Assembly (NCBI GenBank): GCA_000708835.1
Contig: DF236972.1
Location: forward strand, 303,066 to 367,065
Source: Klebsormidium nitens
Taxonomy: Eukaryota; Plantae; Klebsormidiophyceae
DNA: 64,000 bases
Direction: 5' to 3'
Positions 1-12,945 of the stretch are shown in pieces. Numbering within the stretch: position 1 is the first letter of the stretch; every line of letters begins with the position of its first letter. The notes under the pieces are model-generated. The model was not told the DNA's origin. It saw only the letters and a list, made by a program, of their open reading frames with translations, and searched no databases. The position numbers were made by a program, and so were the translations under genes.

Positions 1-839
1 TTGACTAAGAGCTGAGAGTAAAAGCGCCAAGTCCATTGCAAGTACTGCCTCCTGCGCTTTTTGGCTCGGGCACTTATCGTTGTATCCATAAATATTTGTT
101 GCAGGCTTTTGATGTTCTCTCCCTGAAGGTAGGCTCTGTATATTGCCAACTCCCTTACGGCAATAGCCACAGCCTGCCCTTGAGAAGCGGCAAATGTGAG
201 AAGCGCAGAGCCTACTGACACGAGCGCAAAAGTGATTGCAACTAATAATTGCTGGTAAGTCTGGATGTTTGCGCCTGTAGTACAGTTTCCTAGCAGATTC
301 ATGGCTGCCCTTCGTGCCGCCACCTCAGGCATTAAGCCCCTCAGAGAGCTCTCATTGAAAAAGTCTGTATTGATAAGGACAGAGACCGGTTGACCTCTTC
401 GCTTGCACGCCAGGCTTTTGAATCCCCCTTCAGGGGAGATTTGACAATGTGTCAATTGGTCCCCTAGCCTTGGGCTGTTGCAGCAAGATGGCTGGACGTC
501 AGTCAAGAGCTTGGTGCAGCACTCATTCCGGTCAGGACTCCAACTCACGGAAGGGATACAACAGTTCTTGTTCTCAAAAAGCTTGCTGCTGTAGAAGAAG
601 GCGAAGCAGAATGTGCACAAGGTCCCATAAATGGAGAAGGTCGTGAAGATCCTTGACAAGCCCTGGTCTACCTTGCCCTTGCTCTCATCGAAGAACGTCT
701 TGACATTTTCTTTCAAGACTTCCGGCCGGCTGATGCTCTTAACATCTGCAGCATTCCCTCCTAGCGCCTGGACGTCGCTTTCAATCAAAGGCGGCTCCAT
801 TGCTGACCCGTCCTGATGAAAAGCAGGCTGAGCCGCCAT
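1..839 (-). CDS. Hypothetical membrane protein, 3'-truncated at the window edge, with two TM helices around a Cys-rich loop
   Basis: Stop-free frame from ATG 839 to the window edge (~279 aa). The ORF track misses it. Translation: MAAQPAFHQDGSAMEPPLIE...IFTTFSIYGTLCTFCFAFFYS (TM1)...NCCIP..ECCTK..SCCNS...LLVAITFALVSVGSALLTFAA (TM2)...KKRRRQYLQWTWRFYSQLLV. Confidence 0.6.
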   Translation of the reverse strand, partial: MAAQPAFHQDGSAMEPPLIESDVQALGGNAADVKSISRPEVLKENVKTFFDESKGKVDQGLSRIFTTFSIYGTLCTFCFAFFYSSKLFENKNCCIPSVSWSPDRNECCTKLLTDVQPSCCNSPRLGDQLTHCQISPEGGFKSLACKRRGQPVSVLINTDFFNESSLRGLMPEVAARRAAMNLLGNCTTGANIQTYQQLLVAITFALVSVGSALLTFAASQGQAVAIAVRELAIYRAYLQGENIKSLQQIFMDTTISARAKKRRRQYLQWTWRFYSQLLV

Positions 840-861
840 CTGGCTTCACCATCTGGATTTA

Positions 862-1144
862 CCCGTAGTCCAACCCGAACGATTTTAGTTCGAGTTATTT
901 TCCGACAATCCGACCAGGAAAGCGGATTTATATATGCTGATTCCGACAAAATTCGAATGCCCTATGTTCACACTTGGAAGAGGATTTTAGAGGCTGTTTT
1001 GGCCATTTTGGGGCTTCCGAGGACCATTCCAGAATTATTTTAACCTTTCCGAATTCCCACTTTCCGAACGGGAAATCCGAATTTGTGACTTTCCGAATAC
1101 AGATAATTATTTAACTTTTCGGAATCATTACCTTGGACTACGGG
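862..1144. mobile_element. MITE, Tc1/mariner-like (12-bp TIR, TA target duplication)
   Basis: TA|CCCGTAGTCCAA (862-873) ... TTGGACTACGGG|TA (1133-1144) is a perfect inverted pair. The interior is AT-richer, non-coding and has recurring TTCCGA motifs. Confidence 0.7.
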
Positions 1145-2538
1145 TACCTATGACGAACTTACTTCAAAATTACCGGCTGTACGGTACTGATTATCTGGAA
1201 TTTCAACTTTCAAGTGACAAGTCACAAGAGTCCCGCGATCAGGGGTCGGCATAAATATTGACGGGGTCGGCTCGAGGCTCGAAGCCGGGTACCCAGGCTT
1301 CCAGTCGGCATATCACAAGTTTGCGGCCATTTTACCCGGCTTCAACCCCGCGCCTCCAGGTATGGGCCGGCTCTTCAGCCGGGTACTTCTCATTGCACTA
1401 CCTATTGTAGTCGGCTTTTTGAAATTTTAGACCCCCCCGCTCAGTGGTTTGGCCGATCGCAGCGAGCGCGCGCTAGCTTCCTATAGCCGACGGCGACAGT
1501 CGACTCGGACCCCGAGTTTCATGCGGCTGTCTCGCCGGTCGGGCATTTGGAGTCTGCCAATTGACGAATACATATACCTATAATACCGGTAGTCCAAGTA
1601 CCTACCGTACCGGTATTTGATTTCGGCACCTTCGACGTCGATTCTTCTCTATGAAACTTTTCAACCTTTCTGCAGTTGAAGGGTTACTTGCTAAGAGAAC
1701 CGGTATGGATATTCTATGTACGGCCTAGGCAAAACAATTCTAAAATGTGTCTTAGGTGCCAGTGAACTGCATTATGCATCCTAGCTAGGCTCTCATGCAA
1801 GGCACCTCTCTTTGAAGGCTGCATCAGCTAGGCAGCACTAGGCTGCAAGTTCTTGCAAGATCGAAGCGACCGACAGCTAGAGCCTAGTAGTAAGCTTTAC
1901 GCTAGTACTAATATAAGAATGTGGACATGATGTTGGCCGTAGCTTAGCAGGAGCTACCGCGGTATATAGTGTAGATGCCGTTGAGTTGTTCATGCAGCTC
2001 GAGACTCGTTGTCAGATCGTTGTAGGAACGCGTCCCCTATGCAATGCGTCCGGTCCATGCGAAGTATGCCACTGTACCCGCATCACTACCCCATGCCCTT
2101 GATTTGCACACCAGCTTTGAGATCTCAAGAAGCGTTCGAAGACAATGATGATATTACATAGGCCATTCGATATTATCAGTATTGTGATTACCCGTACATA
2201 CCTATAGGTTGACTGGATACAACCGTCGGTATATTTATTTATCCCCAGTATATCATAGCGCATGCATGGGATCGATGCTATCTAATATTTTCCGCACAAC
2301 AATACTTGTAAGGAAGTCGGCGTCCAACGTCTCCAGCCCTTGAATTTGAATATAACGAATATGTTTGTCAATGGACCGTGCTTTATGTGAGCAGAACAAG
2401 TCTGCCATACCCGGAAAAGGCGTGCTCGTCGACACAAAACGGTAATATGCGCAATTCTTTGACTCTGGAACATGGGCTGCCGCGACAGCAATACAAAAGC
2501 AGCGGTTTCGTCTATGAACGCCGATGCTCAACTCCTCA

Positions 2539-4588
2539 TCAAACACCAAGCGCGGAATCTAAAGTCAGTTGCCTGCATAGGCTTTCAGCCTCAACGGAAG
2601 CAGACACCGGTTCCGCAACCAAAACCCTGCAAACAAAGGAAAGGCCGAGCGACGTAAGAACAATCCTCGAAATTGCGCCTCAAAGACTGTCATTTCCATC
2701 TCCAAACTAGTTTGCACCGGAGCAGTAAGCAGTTTCCGCGGCTACACTGGTCTACCACGTCCCTAGCTGCGGATGTTCTTCTAAGGTTCCGCCTCTTGAA
2801 TAAAGTTGAAGTGGGCAGCTTGCTCTTCAAGGCCCTGTCTATGACCAAAATTGTCCTTGACATCAGTGGTCAACGGGCAGCAATTAGCACCTGCGATGGA
2901 TCGAACCCAAACTCCTCTGCTCTGGCAAGCGATTCCCGAGAGTAGTAGCGCTCCGAGTTTCACGCGCACTTGCAGGTTGGCATCTGACGCGTAGACTCCT
3001 TGCGCTTAAGTCGGAGATATGGACATGCATCGCTGTTCGTCGCTCTCCCGGACGCTTGACACTTAGACAGCCCAACCATTCCCAAAACCACACTTCCTTT
3101 AACACCCGTCTACACATACCTGTAGGCCGCTATCACGGGCGCATAAATCTCGTAAACCTGGCCCGACAAGTAGACGCGGCAGCGGCCGCCACGGGAGGCC
3201 TCGCTCTGCTCCTTGCTGAGAAAGCGGCTTCGGTCGGCAGACGACCGGGGCAACGGGGCGCAGGTCAGGATCTGGAAATGGCAGTCCGGTCCTTAGCGTA
3301 ATCTCTTGAGAGCTGAATGTTGACGTTCCAGACCGTTTCAAATAATCGAAAGGGTGGAGAGAAAACATGGCTTTCAAGTGAGCCTCGAAAAGCGCCTTGG
3401 CCCTGGTCCCAGCGATTCGACGGTTGAAGTTGACAGAAAGATCTTCCTGAACCGTCAATGTGAGAATGAAGCTGCCAAGAGGGGTGAACGGGCGTCCAAG
3501 ATGTTCATTCATGGGACTTTCAAATATCAGGGTCAAAGGGCCAGGCCTGTTCAAAAACCCTTCTTTGAAGCTGTCTTAGGTAATTCCAGCAATCTGCGGG
3601 TTTGGGTTGTTTTCGATATATGAAAAGGGATAGGGAAAACGAGCGCAGGGAGCGTAGAGAGGGGTCTGGAAACGATATCATCAATCCCTTCAGCGCCAAA
3701 AGAACGTAATGCTTCGATACCAGGGACAGATTAGGGGGCCTTGTTGAAATGGCGGACCGTCTGACGAGATCGACATTCTACGAGATTTACTTTCAATATT
3801 TTCATACGTATACCAAAGGCAACCAAGCTTGGCAGATTGCGACGTCGACGCACCTTTTGACTCTGGCGGCTCGCGTTGCCCAACAGAACTTCTAGCACCT
3901 CCCGGTTCGGACCGGACAGCTGTCCGGTCCTTTCGCCAGTCATCTCCCTCTGCGCCGCCTGAAACGACCCGTCCGCAGCCCCTTCCGGGTTAACCCTAAC
4001 CCGCACCAAACCCTCCCTTCTAACCAGCGCTTCCAGCGTCGAAGGATCGAGCAGGCAACGGTGTAAATGCCCGAACAGGGTGGCCGGTTCGTACTGCGCC
4101 GCTTTGGAGTTGCCCTGCCGCTGGCGCCTCTTCACACTCTCCAATAGGGCCTCCCGGGTGGAGTCTAAATCACTGGTTCGGAGCCTTTTCACACCGTGAG
4201 CGGACGGTGACGTCACGGCAGCCGCTTGCTGACGTGGGTCCGAGGTCACGTGGGGAGCGGGGTTATACAAACCGGTCGCAGAGGCAAACTTGAAGGCTGC
4301 ATTTGCTGAAAGTTGCACACTAGAGGAGGGCTCCTGGCTGGGCTGTATATGCGAGCGATTATTGCCTAAGCTTATGACTGATCCGGCCATGTTGTTTGTG
4401 GAGAGGAAATCAGCTGCGTGCGCGGCAGAGTTTTGCTTTGCAGGGATGGGGTTCGTGGCCTTGTTTGGGGAGCATACGAGGGGATCCGCGGGCACGTATG
4501 GCAGGCATAAGAGGTCCGCCGCTGCGGAGCCCTCGGCCCAAAGTTCGCACTGCGATGCGCCGTCATCTGAACAAGAGATGAGGGCCAC
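2539..4588 (-). CDS. Multi-exon hypothetical protein (both ends uncertain)
   Basis: Long exon ~4588-3854 ends at donor CAAAAG|GTGCGT. It splices in frame to exon 3271-3120 (TTTCCAG|ILTCAPLPRSSADRSRFLSKEQSEASRGGRCRVYLSGQVYEIYAPVIAAY|GTATGT). Further 3' exons are probable, including a last exon VLVAEPVSASVEAESLCRQLTLDSALGV* ending at 2539. No family recognised. Confidence 0.55.
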
Positions 4589-5399
4589 CGCTTATAACTT
4601 TGTCCGATGTGACCAGGCTTGTAGGGGTCTTAGGATGGTTGTGCAGGGGTGTCAAAAGGATGGATATGATGACACCGGATGGAAGCCGGGCTTTCTCTCT
4701 GTCACGTAACAAAGCACGCCGCTTGCTGGACTGCCTTAAGGTCAGGGAAATGCAACTTGCATTGGCGAAAGAAGGCAAATAACTCTAGTAGTACTCATAG
4801 CACCATTTGCTGCAACCAGAGAATTCCTTGAGCATGTCAGGCCCGCATACTACATAGTGCGAGTTAGGCACGCGTTTCAGCACCTTCTCCAAGACAAGAC
4901 AAATTAATTCCAACTTCAATTCAGTGCCTGAATTCCAAACTTACCAAACGAGAAGCAGGCTTCGCGCAGAAGAACAGTGTACTGAGACTCGTCCGCGCAG
5001 CAGCGGACGCAGCCCGAGCAAACCGTCCGAGCTTCCGATGTTGGATGCGACTGGGCGCCGCAGAACGGGCAGCCCCATGCTAGTTGCAGCTCGAGTACGG
5101 CAACGACCTGACAAGAGGTTCACACACAGGGTAATGTTAGGGAGAAGACGAGACCGCCAGACACGTTGTGTCACAAATAAAACTGGGAGTGCGTACCATA
5201 TCCCACAGGTTGAGTCTTTTGGCAGATGGAAGTAGTAAGGAGTCTTAAGTCGGGCGAGAGCGCGCTCTTAGGGCCCAGCAAGATCGTTTATATAGTAGGA
5301 CCAAAATTAAACTTGTGGCTCGACGAGTCGGAGCCTACAGATGACTTGGGGTGCAGAAGTTTGCTACATTGAAAGAACAGACTCCAATGACGGGGCGCA

Positions 5400-8300
5400 C
5401 TACGCCTGCCAGCACCAGTGATTTGCGGCAACTAGCCCGTCTATGCAAAGGCGTACAACCTCTTCCAGTGATCCCGGCTCCCCAAAAGGCCTTCTGAGGA
5501 AGACAATAGGCCCAGTCTACTTAGTACACTTCATTTCTACTCTCAAGGAAGGAGAAGCAATTACATGGTCCCCAGACTCGTTGGCAGGCCTCTGGATGTC
5601 AGCCTTTTTAATATCGGAAGTTGCCATTCATTATTTTACGGAAGTCGATTGGGAGATGGCTACGTTACTCACCCTGCCTCGCAGTTTGACGCTCTTGGCC
5701 GCATCGCATTTTCCGCCAGCCCCTCTAGCGCAATCTTTGGTCCTCCCTGCGCGCAGACTGGCGCCCACGATCGGCAAGACTTCCCGGTAGACCGGCTCCG
5801 GCACTTGTACCAACAACGAAGCCTGAGCGCCGTTCGCCGATTCCGCAACCGACCTTTCCGACGTTTCCCCTGTTTCAGAACCCGTCCCCGCTTCGCTGCT
5901 GACGAAGCGGAAGCTGTGCACCGATTCTCGTTCTGTGAGGTCGATGACGGGAAGGCGGGACTGACTGTAGTTCCGGGGAGGCAGAGTTGGGACCGTTGAA
6001 TTGAGATCGGGGTCGTGCCGCTTGGGGGCAAGCGGTTGAGCAGGGATGAGGTACGAGTTGCCCACGTGAAGAAACTGCAAAGAGGATACTCAGAAAATGC
6101 TGGACGTTCTAACTTTTTATTTAAGTACAGGTCTTTATGATCTCAGAAGGAGGTTTACTCGGAAGGGGACTGCAGGCATTTGTGGGCTTTGGGGTCGAGG
6201 ACTTCAGGTTCCCAAAAAAGTAGAGATGGCGCTTCTCGATCAGTAGATTATTCGTATGAAAGCTCAGGCTTCCACAGTCCCGAGCCTCAGTCATACTGCG
6301 CTGATCAAAGACAATTTCAGATGCTGTTGATTCGAAGATGATCACGCAGCACCACCCGCAGATTGCAGGGCGTTAAGAATCTTTCGTCAATGACTTACAT
6401 GAGAACTGGATAGCTTCGTCACCTCAGGCAGATCAACGTATGCTAAAAGCATTTCCTCCGTACGATCCGAGAATAGACCGTGCTGCCTCAAGCAGTAAAA
6501 AGTGCTTCGAGGATTGGTCCTCGTAAGCGACCGTTCAGCCGAGGCTCCACTCTGACGGTCGCCTAAGAACAAACTTGGTCACACTTGGTCGCAGTGACAC
6601 GGAAGCCCCAAAAAAGCCTTTGCCAAGAAACGCGGAACTTACGTCATACAGCAGCGCGGCCTCGCCCGCAAACGTCAGCAGCACCCGGGCTTCAGAACCC
6701 GCGGCGCTCCCAAGCGGCTCGCGTCTCTCAAGCACCGCGCTCACCGGAGGACCCCGCTCTAGTTCCTGGTCCGCCCTGCCAGTGACATTCAACCTCTGAC
6801 TGTACACAAAACACTGAGCGGATTCCGGTCGCTCCGTTCCGGACACTTTCGGACGCTTCGGCGGCCGGATGTCCGCTGATCGGGCCGCCGCTGCGGCGCC
6901 AATGACCGTCCGGTGACCGAAACCTTGGGCTCCGTTTTCATCCGCAGTTTTCATTCTCAGGCTTTGGACCGTTGCTCCGACGCTCGGACAGGGCCCGGAC
7001 ATCGGCAACCCGGTTCGGACGGCTTGTCCGTCCTTAGCCATACCCCAGACAGGGTTCGCATTAAACGGGTTCGGAACCACGATTAACCCAGCGCCTAGGT
7101 GAAGGACCCTCCTCCCGTAGGGCTCCGTCGGAACCGCCCCGTCGTCCAACGGGGAACCGCCACGTGGCGCCGGTTGGCTCGGCCCAGCAGTGCACTTAGC
7201 CAGTGGTCGGGTCAGCGCGGTTTGGATGGGCCGGTGGCGCCTCTCCCAGGCCGGTGTGAAAAGGCACCCGTCCGACGGCGCGGCTGAACCTGGCGCGGTT
7301 CCCGCTTGGCGTACCAGCCAGGGGGGACCATTTTTCTCCCGCACCTCGTTAGCCTTGGCTCGGTGGTAGGACCGTACCAGGCCGGAGCGAGGCTCAGGTA
7401 GCTGCGGGTTATGGTGCGGGTTATGGCGCCAGTTTCGCGGGTCTCGCGGAAACCGAAATCCTCCGAAAGTGGCCTCCACATCCGCTTCGAAACCAGACCG
7501 CTGCACTGACGTCGAAATGCCGCCTAGAGCCCCCAACTTTGGGTCCAGTAGGATGAGGACACGTGGAAGCAGCACAGCCTCCGCCGCAAACTGGAGGCCC
7601 CTTTCCCCTCTCACGACCGCCGACTTTAGAATGACTGAGACCATCCAAAAGGGGGTCCCTCCCGCCTGCTTGCTCGACCCCCCTGCCGCGGCGCACCCGG
7701 CGTTTCCACGCCAGTTTAACGGCTGCAGTGCTGTCCCTCCCCCCTCTTTTTGCCACGTGGCAGCACCTCGCCCAACGCTTGGCGCGGACGCTGTTCGCGT
7801 TCGTTTCCGAACCTCCGTCCGCAGCCACGTGCCCCTTCCATAAGCGACTGGCTCGGCTAGCGTCTTATGGTACGGGTTCGGCGGCATTTCGTGCGTGAAC
7901 GTGAGAGGGGGAGGCCCAATGACGAGTAGAGCGTCAGCAAGGCTGAAGGAGACGGAGGGTTCAAGGTTGTCGGGGCCGGAATCGCTGGCGGCTCGGACAT
8001 CCGCAGAAAATCTCGTCACCTGCGTCGGACCTTTACGGCGATTAGTGAAAGAGCGACTCTTTTTATTGGAGATGGTCCGCATTTGACGGCGCGAAGCAAG
8101 GATCGACCGCGATGCCTCCAGTTCTAGTTGAGTGATAGGGTAAGTTTGTAAAAACGCTCACGGTCAGGACTCAATGCCGTCTTGGAAAACTTTCAAATGA
8201 CTAAAATCCTTCCTGCGTAGGTGGAGAAGCACAGCTAGAGATTCCGTCTGGACCACTGTGCAGATTTGGCAGGACTTGACACATCCGGTCCCTCTTTGCG

Positions 8301-11300
8301 GCTTTTTCCACTTAAAGCAAACGCCGATGAAAAGAAGAGTACAGCAGAACTGCTTTAGACCATAACTTATCTGGACGGCATAGAAAGGTGCGAGGAATCT
8401 TTCGACAAATGCAACCAGCGAAGCGAATAAAGCAGCGGCAGAAATTACTTCAGTTGGGAGGAATGAACACTTCTAAATCATCTATGTACAAGAGAAAAAA
8501 CACAATATCCTGGTCATGATGCTACGATAGATGGGCAGGAAACTTTCGTCGGCGCTCACTCAAGGTAGATAGAATGTCACTTTTGCGTAACCTGCTCCTT
8601 TGAACAGACGACAAGGGCCTCTCCAGAATCCAGCCGGAGCTCTAGAACATTTTAGACCGCTTAGGACTTGTGATCCACCGTCAAAACAAGAAGGTGGGCA
8701 AAACTTTCTTACCAGCAACCACCGGCCGAGATGGACCGCCTCCAGACGCTCCTTGACTTCGACTCGGACACTGCCAGTTGCGTCCGACAGAACAGCCCGT
8801 CCGGAACACGCATCGACCTGACAAATCAAGAAAGGGTTTGTGAGGGTTTGAGGCAACGGAAGTTTGCGCTGTATAGCCGACAGACGAGGATGAGGTAAAG
8901 ACGAGAGACCCAAAAACTATTGAGCTGGACGAAGGCTGTAGAATTAGACTGTGAGCCGCTCAATGCTGCTTCTTCCGACCGAGAAAGTTCAGAAATCAGG
9001 GAACTGGGTTCCGTCGTTCTGTCTATGGACCTTGTAATGGTTCAGCGAAAAGGGCAGGTGTCGGGCTGGACATGAAGGACCGCTCAAACCCTTCCCCAAC
9101 GAAGAACAGCCTCGTTACTTTCCCCCAAAAGCTTCGAAGACTTCTATCCGTAAAGTGAGAGCCAGAAGGGAGTCATCAAACACAGGCATGGCGACATTTC
9201 CCCACTTGTCACTTCGAAAGATTCCGCTGCTTCTACGGCTACGGATCACTGCCTCAGATTGGAACATTTCTGATATGCGGCCTGACCGTAAGGGGCGCTT
9301 ACTGGAAGCTCCAATTGGAAGGAAGTGAATTTGCCAATGTCCGTAAGAAAGGGGGGGAAGAGCCGGAGGAGCCGGGATCCGAGGGAAGATCTAAGACTGG
9401 AGAACAGAAGGAGCTCGACATGCGGGAAGCAGAGAATGGGGATTGTTGTCCTTGCAGGGGAAACAGAGAAAGGAATCGTTACATATGGCAGGAAAAGGTG
9501 GACGAAAAGAGGACCCAGAAGTCAGGCCCTGACCGTCAGATACCCCAGCAGCTTCGCCCCGAGCTCGTCGCCAGAAAGCCGCTCGACTCTGCGCCCCGAT
9601 CCTTGGCCCCGTTTCCGGACCTCCCCAAGGACGGCTGCAATTGTTGGCACTTTCGGGGGGGTCTTCCAGCCCACAGGATCGACCCCCAGTTTGCACTCCG
9701 TGTCGTGGGACATGAACTCCTCAAAAACGTCCCAGCGCTGCCTGAGATCTTTGCACCCCGGGAGGAGATGCACGAGGACTTCTTGCAGCAGAGAACGGCA
9801 GTCGCTTCCGCTGTCGAGGACACTTCCCCGCGCGCCTGAACCTTCATTAGCGCTAGCGGGTTGATAGTCACCAGAGCCATCGGTCAGGGACTGAAGACTT
9901 GGGTTCAGAACGTTCGGGGCTCTCCCTCTCTTCGGTGGTAGTGTCTCTGGCGCCTTCGACCTGGCCGCTTTATCCGCTGGCACAATTCCCAACCCGTCTG
10001 GGCAATTCCCTAAACCGTCGACACCCTTTCTAACCGGATGCAACCCGCTTGAAATTCTCTTAGTCACGGTAGGAACGCTCCTGTCCGAGACCCCGCCTAG
10101 CTTCGCTCGAAGACTCCGCTCTAGTTCGCCCACCCAGGAGGCCACCGAAAACGGCAGCCGGTCGCACAGCTGCCTCAGCGGGTGACCCCGGCCCGCTAAC
10201 CCGGCTTCCGAACCCGTCGGGTTAGGGGAACCCAAAACCGTCACGAGGCTGTGAGTACACGCCCCGAGCGCGATCACTTGGCCCCCCCTCAGGATCGGAT
10301 GAACGAGCCACGTGGCAAGCAAGGCGCCCACTCTCAGACCCGGGAGCTCGGTCGCGGGGTAGTGGGTTAGCAGCAGGTTAAGCTTGCGGTCAAGCTCAAT
10401 GACCAGACCCGAACTCCAGACGGCACTGACGACACCGACGTAGCATAGGGTTCCGTTCTGAGGGAGACCTTTAGCGAGTTCGCGGACTTCCGACGACCGC
10501 TGTCCGTCTGAAGGTCCGCCCGCGCACTGCCGATCTCTCTGGTGGTTAGGCAGCGGACTCTCCCCCTGGGGGGGTCGTTCTGTCCCCTGCTGGACCCCCC
10601 CATGCGGGACACCGCCTTCGCCCCCTTCCCCCTTTGCTACTTGTCTTGCTCCGACCCCTCTCAAGGGGCACCCCGCTCTGCCATTCGCACCCTCCGTCGT
10701 TTCACACCCTAAGCCGCCACTTGGGGCGCTGACTGTCAGAGAATGGCCCCCTAAATCCATCCCAAAATTTGACCCTGGTACGTACACCATTCTCTCAGTT
10801 CCCTGGCTTCCAACTACCATTGTCCTCCGTCTGAGCCCTGTGAATCGCACAGGCCGGCCAGCCTTTGCTACGCACACCTCCCGCCACTTCACCCCCGGGG
10901 CCCCCTCAAAGTAGAGGAACGCTCGCTGGGGTTCAGACATCAGCGCCTCTGGTTGAGCAAGCTTCGGCGTCATGGCCCGCTCCGCCGCCGTCAGGACTTG
11001 TGCAGGAGGATGTGTTCCCACGGGTCGCTCTTCGCGTTCGCCAGCTGACACCAGCCCACCCAAGAGCCGCCCTGCCTCTCTCTGCGCCCTAGGCCCGCAG
11101 CATGCGCTCCCAGTGATTGCCTGTCCCACTCCTCGACTGAATACCGGAGTGGATTCTGGCAGCTGTAAATCAAGCAGAAAGAAGGAATTGTGCTCCTGCC
11201 CTGGCTTCGAGGCAGCTCTGATATCAATGACTGGACTAACGGCCACTATTGTTCCGTCTAGGCTCTCGCCGCCCCGCCTCCCGACCCTTGTAATGCCTGA

Positions 11301-11900
11301 CGAAGCATCACCATTTGGGAGTCTTTCGGAGAGTGCTTCGTGTTTCCCCCCCAGCGATGACTTCACCCCCGCCCCGTTTTGAACGCCACTCGAAGGAAGA
11401 GGGGTTTCAGCGTAACCTGGAGACCCCTCGCGCTCAACGTGCAATACCCCCATCTCCTTCGCACCGCCCGGGTCATCGTCAGAAAAACCGTCATCTGTTG
11501 TGACTCTCTGCGTCACCGGCTGTGTAACCAGTTCGCCCAACCGTGGCACCTCTTGCGGCGTCCAAGTGCTCAAAGAGCCCCCTCTAGACAGAGTCCTGGG
11601 GTCTACAACATCTCGCAGATCCGCGAAAGAGGCGAGCTTGCGAGGCCCCTTGTCCCCTGAACCGTCCCCCTCATCCGACTGTCCGCCGTGCAGATTCCCA
11701 TCGAACGTTTCAAAGGGTGCTTGCGAAGTTACTAGCGGGTAAGGCGCAGGAATAGCGTCAACCCCTTCAGGTGAAGCACTGCCGTCAGGAGGCGCATCTT
11801 CGAGGGGGCTTGGGAGCAAATTCCAGGGTGCCTGGGTGCATGGCCCCGCTCCATCTGAGTCATAGAAGACGTCCACATTTGGCAGCTCCATTGTGGACAT
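5400..11900 (-). CDS. CTC1: CST complex subunit CTC1 (telomere maintenance, OB-fold protein)
   Basis: The 792-aa ORF contains LDGTIVAVSPV, YFEGAPGVKW..V..TGLRRR, YVGVVSAVWSSGLVIELDRKLNLLLTH...GLRVGA and LPFSVASWV, and ends LLGYLT. This joins exon 8817-8713 (VDACSGRAVLSDATGSVRVEV). These resemble recalled plant CTC1 motifs. Further exons lie within 8082-6535, ~6.5-5.67 kb and a probable last exon KAFWEPGS...WCWQA* (stop 5402-5400). The 5' end and some 3' junctions are uncertain. Confidence 0.8.
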
Positions 11901-12906
11901 GATTCAGCAACTGGGAGCAGGGAGCGCCCAGGCTGCAAAAGAGCACCAAACTGTGTTGGTCCAGATCAAGATTACTTGAGTTAGGGTTCATGACTATGAT
12001 TGTTGAAACCTTAGGGTATGCTTGGTCAGCTTCTATCATGGACTGCAAACTATGAAGAACCCACGCCACGAGACTTCTGCAGAAAGGCCATGATCTGTTT
12101 GGCGCCTGGCTGTCTGGAGTGCTAGGAATACTTTCTGGATGATGGAGAAAATTCAATTATTGCACAGCATTGGATTCGCTGCCTAGACGAAATAATTCCC
12201 AAGTGCTATTATAGACCAAATGTGATACAACAATGTGAAACAGCCAATCATTGTTTTGAGAAAAGGGCAAGTTACATTCTGCCAGGCCAATGTCCTAGGG
12301 ACTTTTTGAGTGCCCTTGGCAGGCTTACTTATCCGGACGTGCCAGATTGACCACAGGTTTTTTTGAGCTATTCCAGCAGCTAAGTGACAGTGGCAAGTCA
12401 ACTAAAGAAATTGACTTCAGCTTGCGAATGAGAGCCTAGCAAAAGCTGCGCACGTCTTACAGATGCTGCAAAAGTCAGCTGCAGACCAAGGGCATGCTAA
12501 CCACTCACACTAACCGTTTTTTTCGATACAGCCTCCTTAGAGCGGCAAGAAAGTTGATATTGGTATACCCAGCTCCTTGTTGGCTCACCTCACATTGTGC
12601 CAGATTTGATGCGGCGATAGTTGCTCATCTCAGAGGCAAGCTTTTGTTGCATCCCCTTCATCGAGTCAGCAGTAATGGAGCGTCTGGAGGCAGCGCCGAA
12701 ACTCTGAATTGAAGAGAAGACCCCACAAAGTGGCCAGAGAGGATCCCACGAAGTGATCTAGGAAAGTAAATCAGAACTTGAAGCAACATTGCGTGAACAG
12801 CCTGGAGCCAGCAGAAGCAGTGGAGCAACAAGGCGCTGGCACTGGTGCAAGCTGTGGCTGTTGTGCACAGTGAAAAGTACATCAGCTGCCGGCATGAACC
12901 TTCCAA

Positions 12907-12937
<31 letters not shown>

Positions 12938-12945
12938 CCTCTCTC
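12907..12945. repeat. (CT)n microsatellite, imperfect
   Basis: CTCTCTCT... run with two interruptions. Confidence 0.9.

Noticed and set aside
1241-1440. Possible hAT-type MITE beginning CAGGGGTCGGCA, with an internal GAAGCCGGGTA inverted pair
   Set aside because: No matching right TIR or target duplication was found.
9315-9880. Plus-strand ORFs of 174, 179 and 114 aa
   Set aside because: They overlap the CTC1 exon and intron on the opposite strand and show no motif or splice support.
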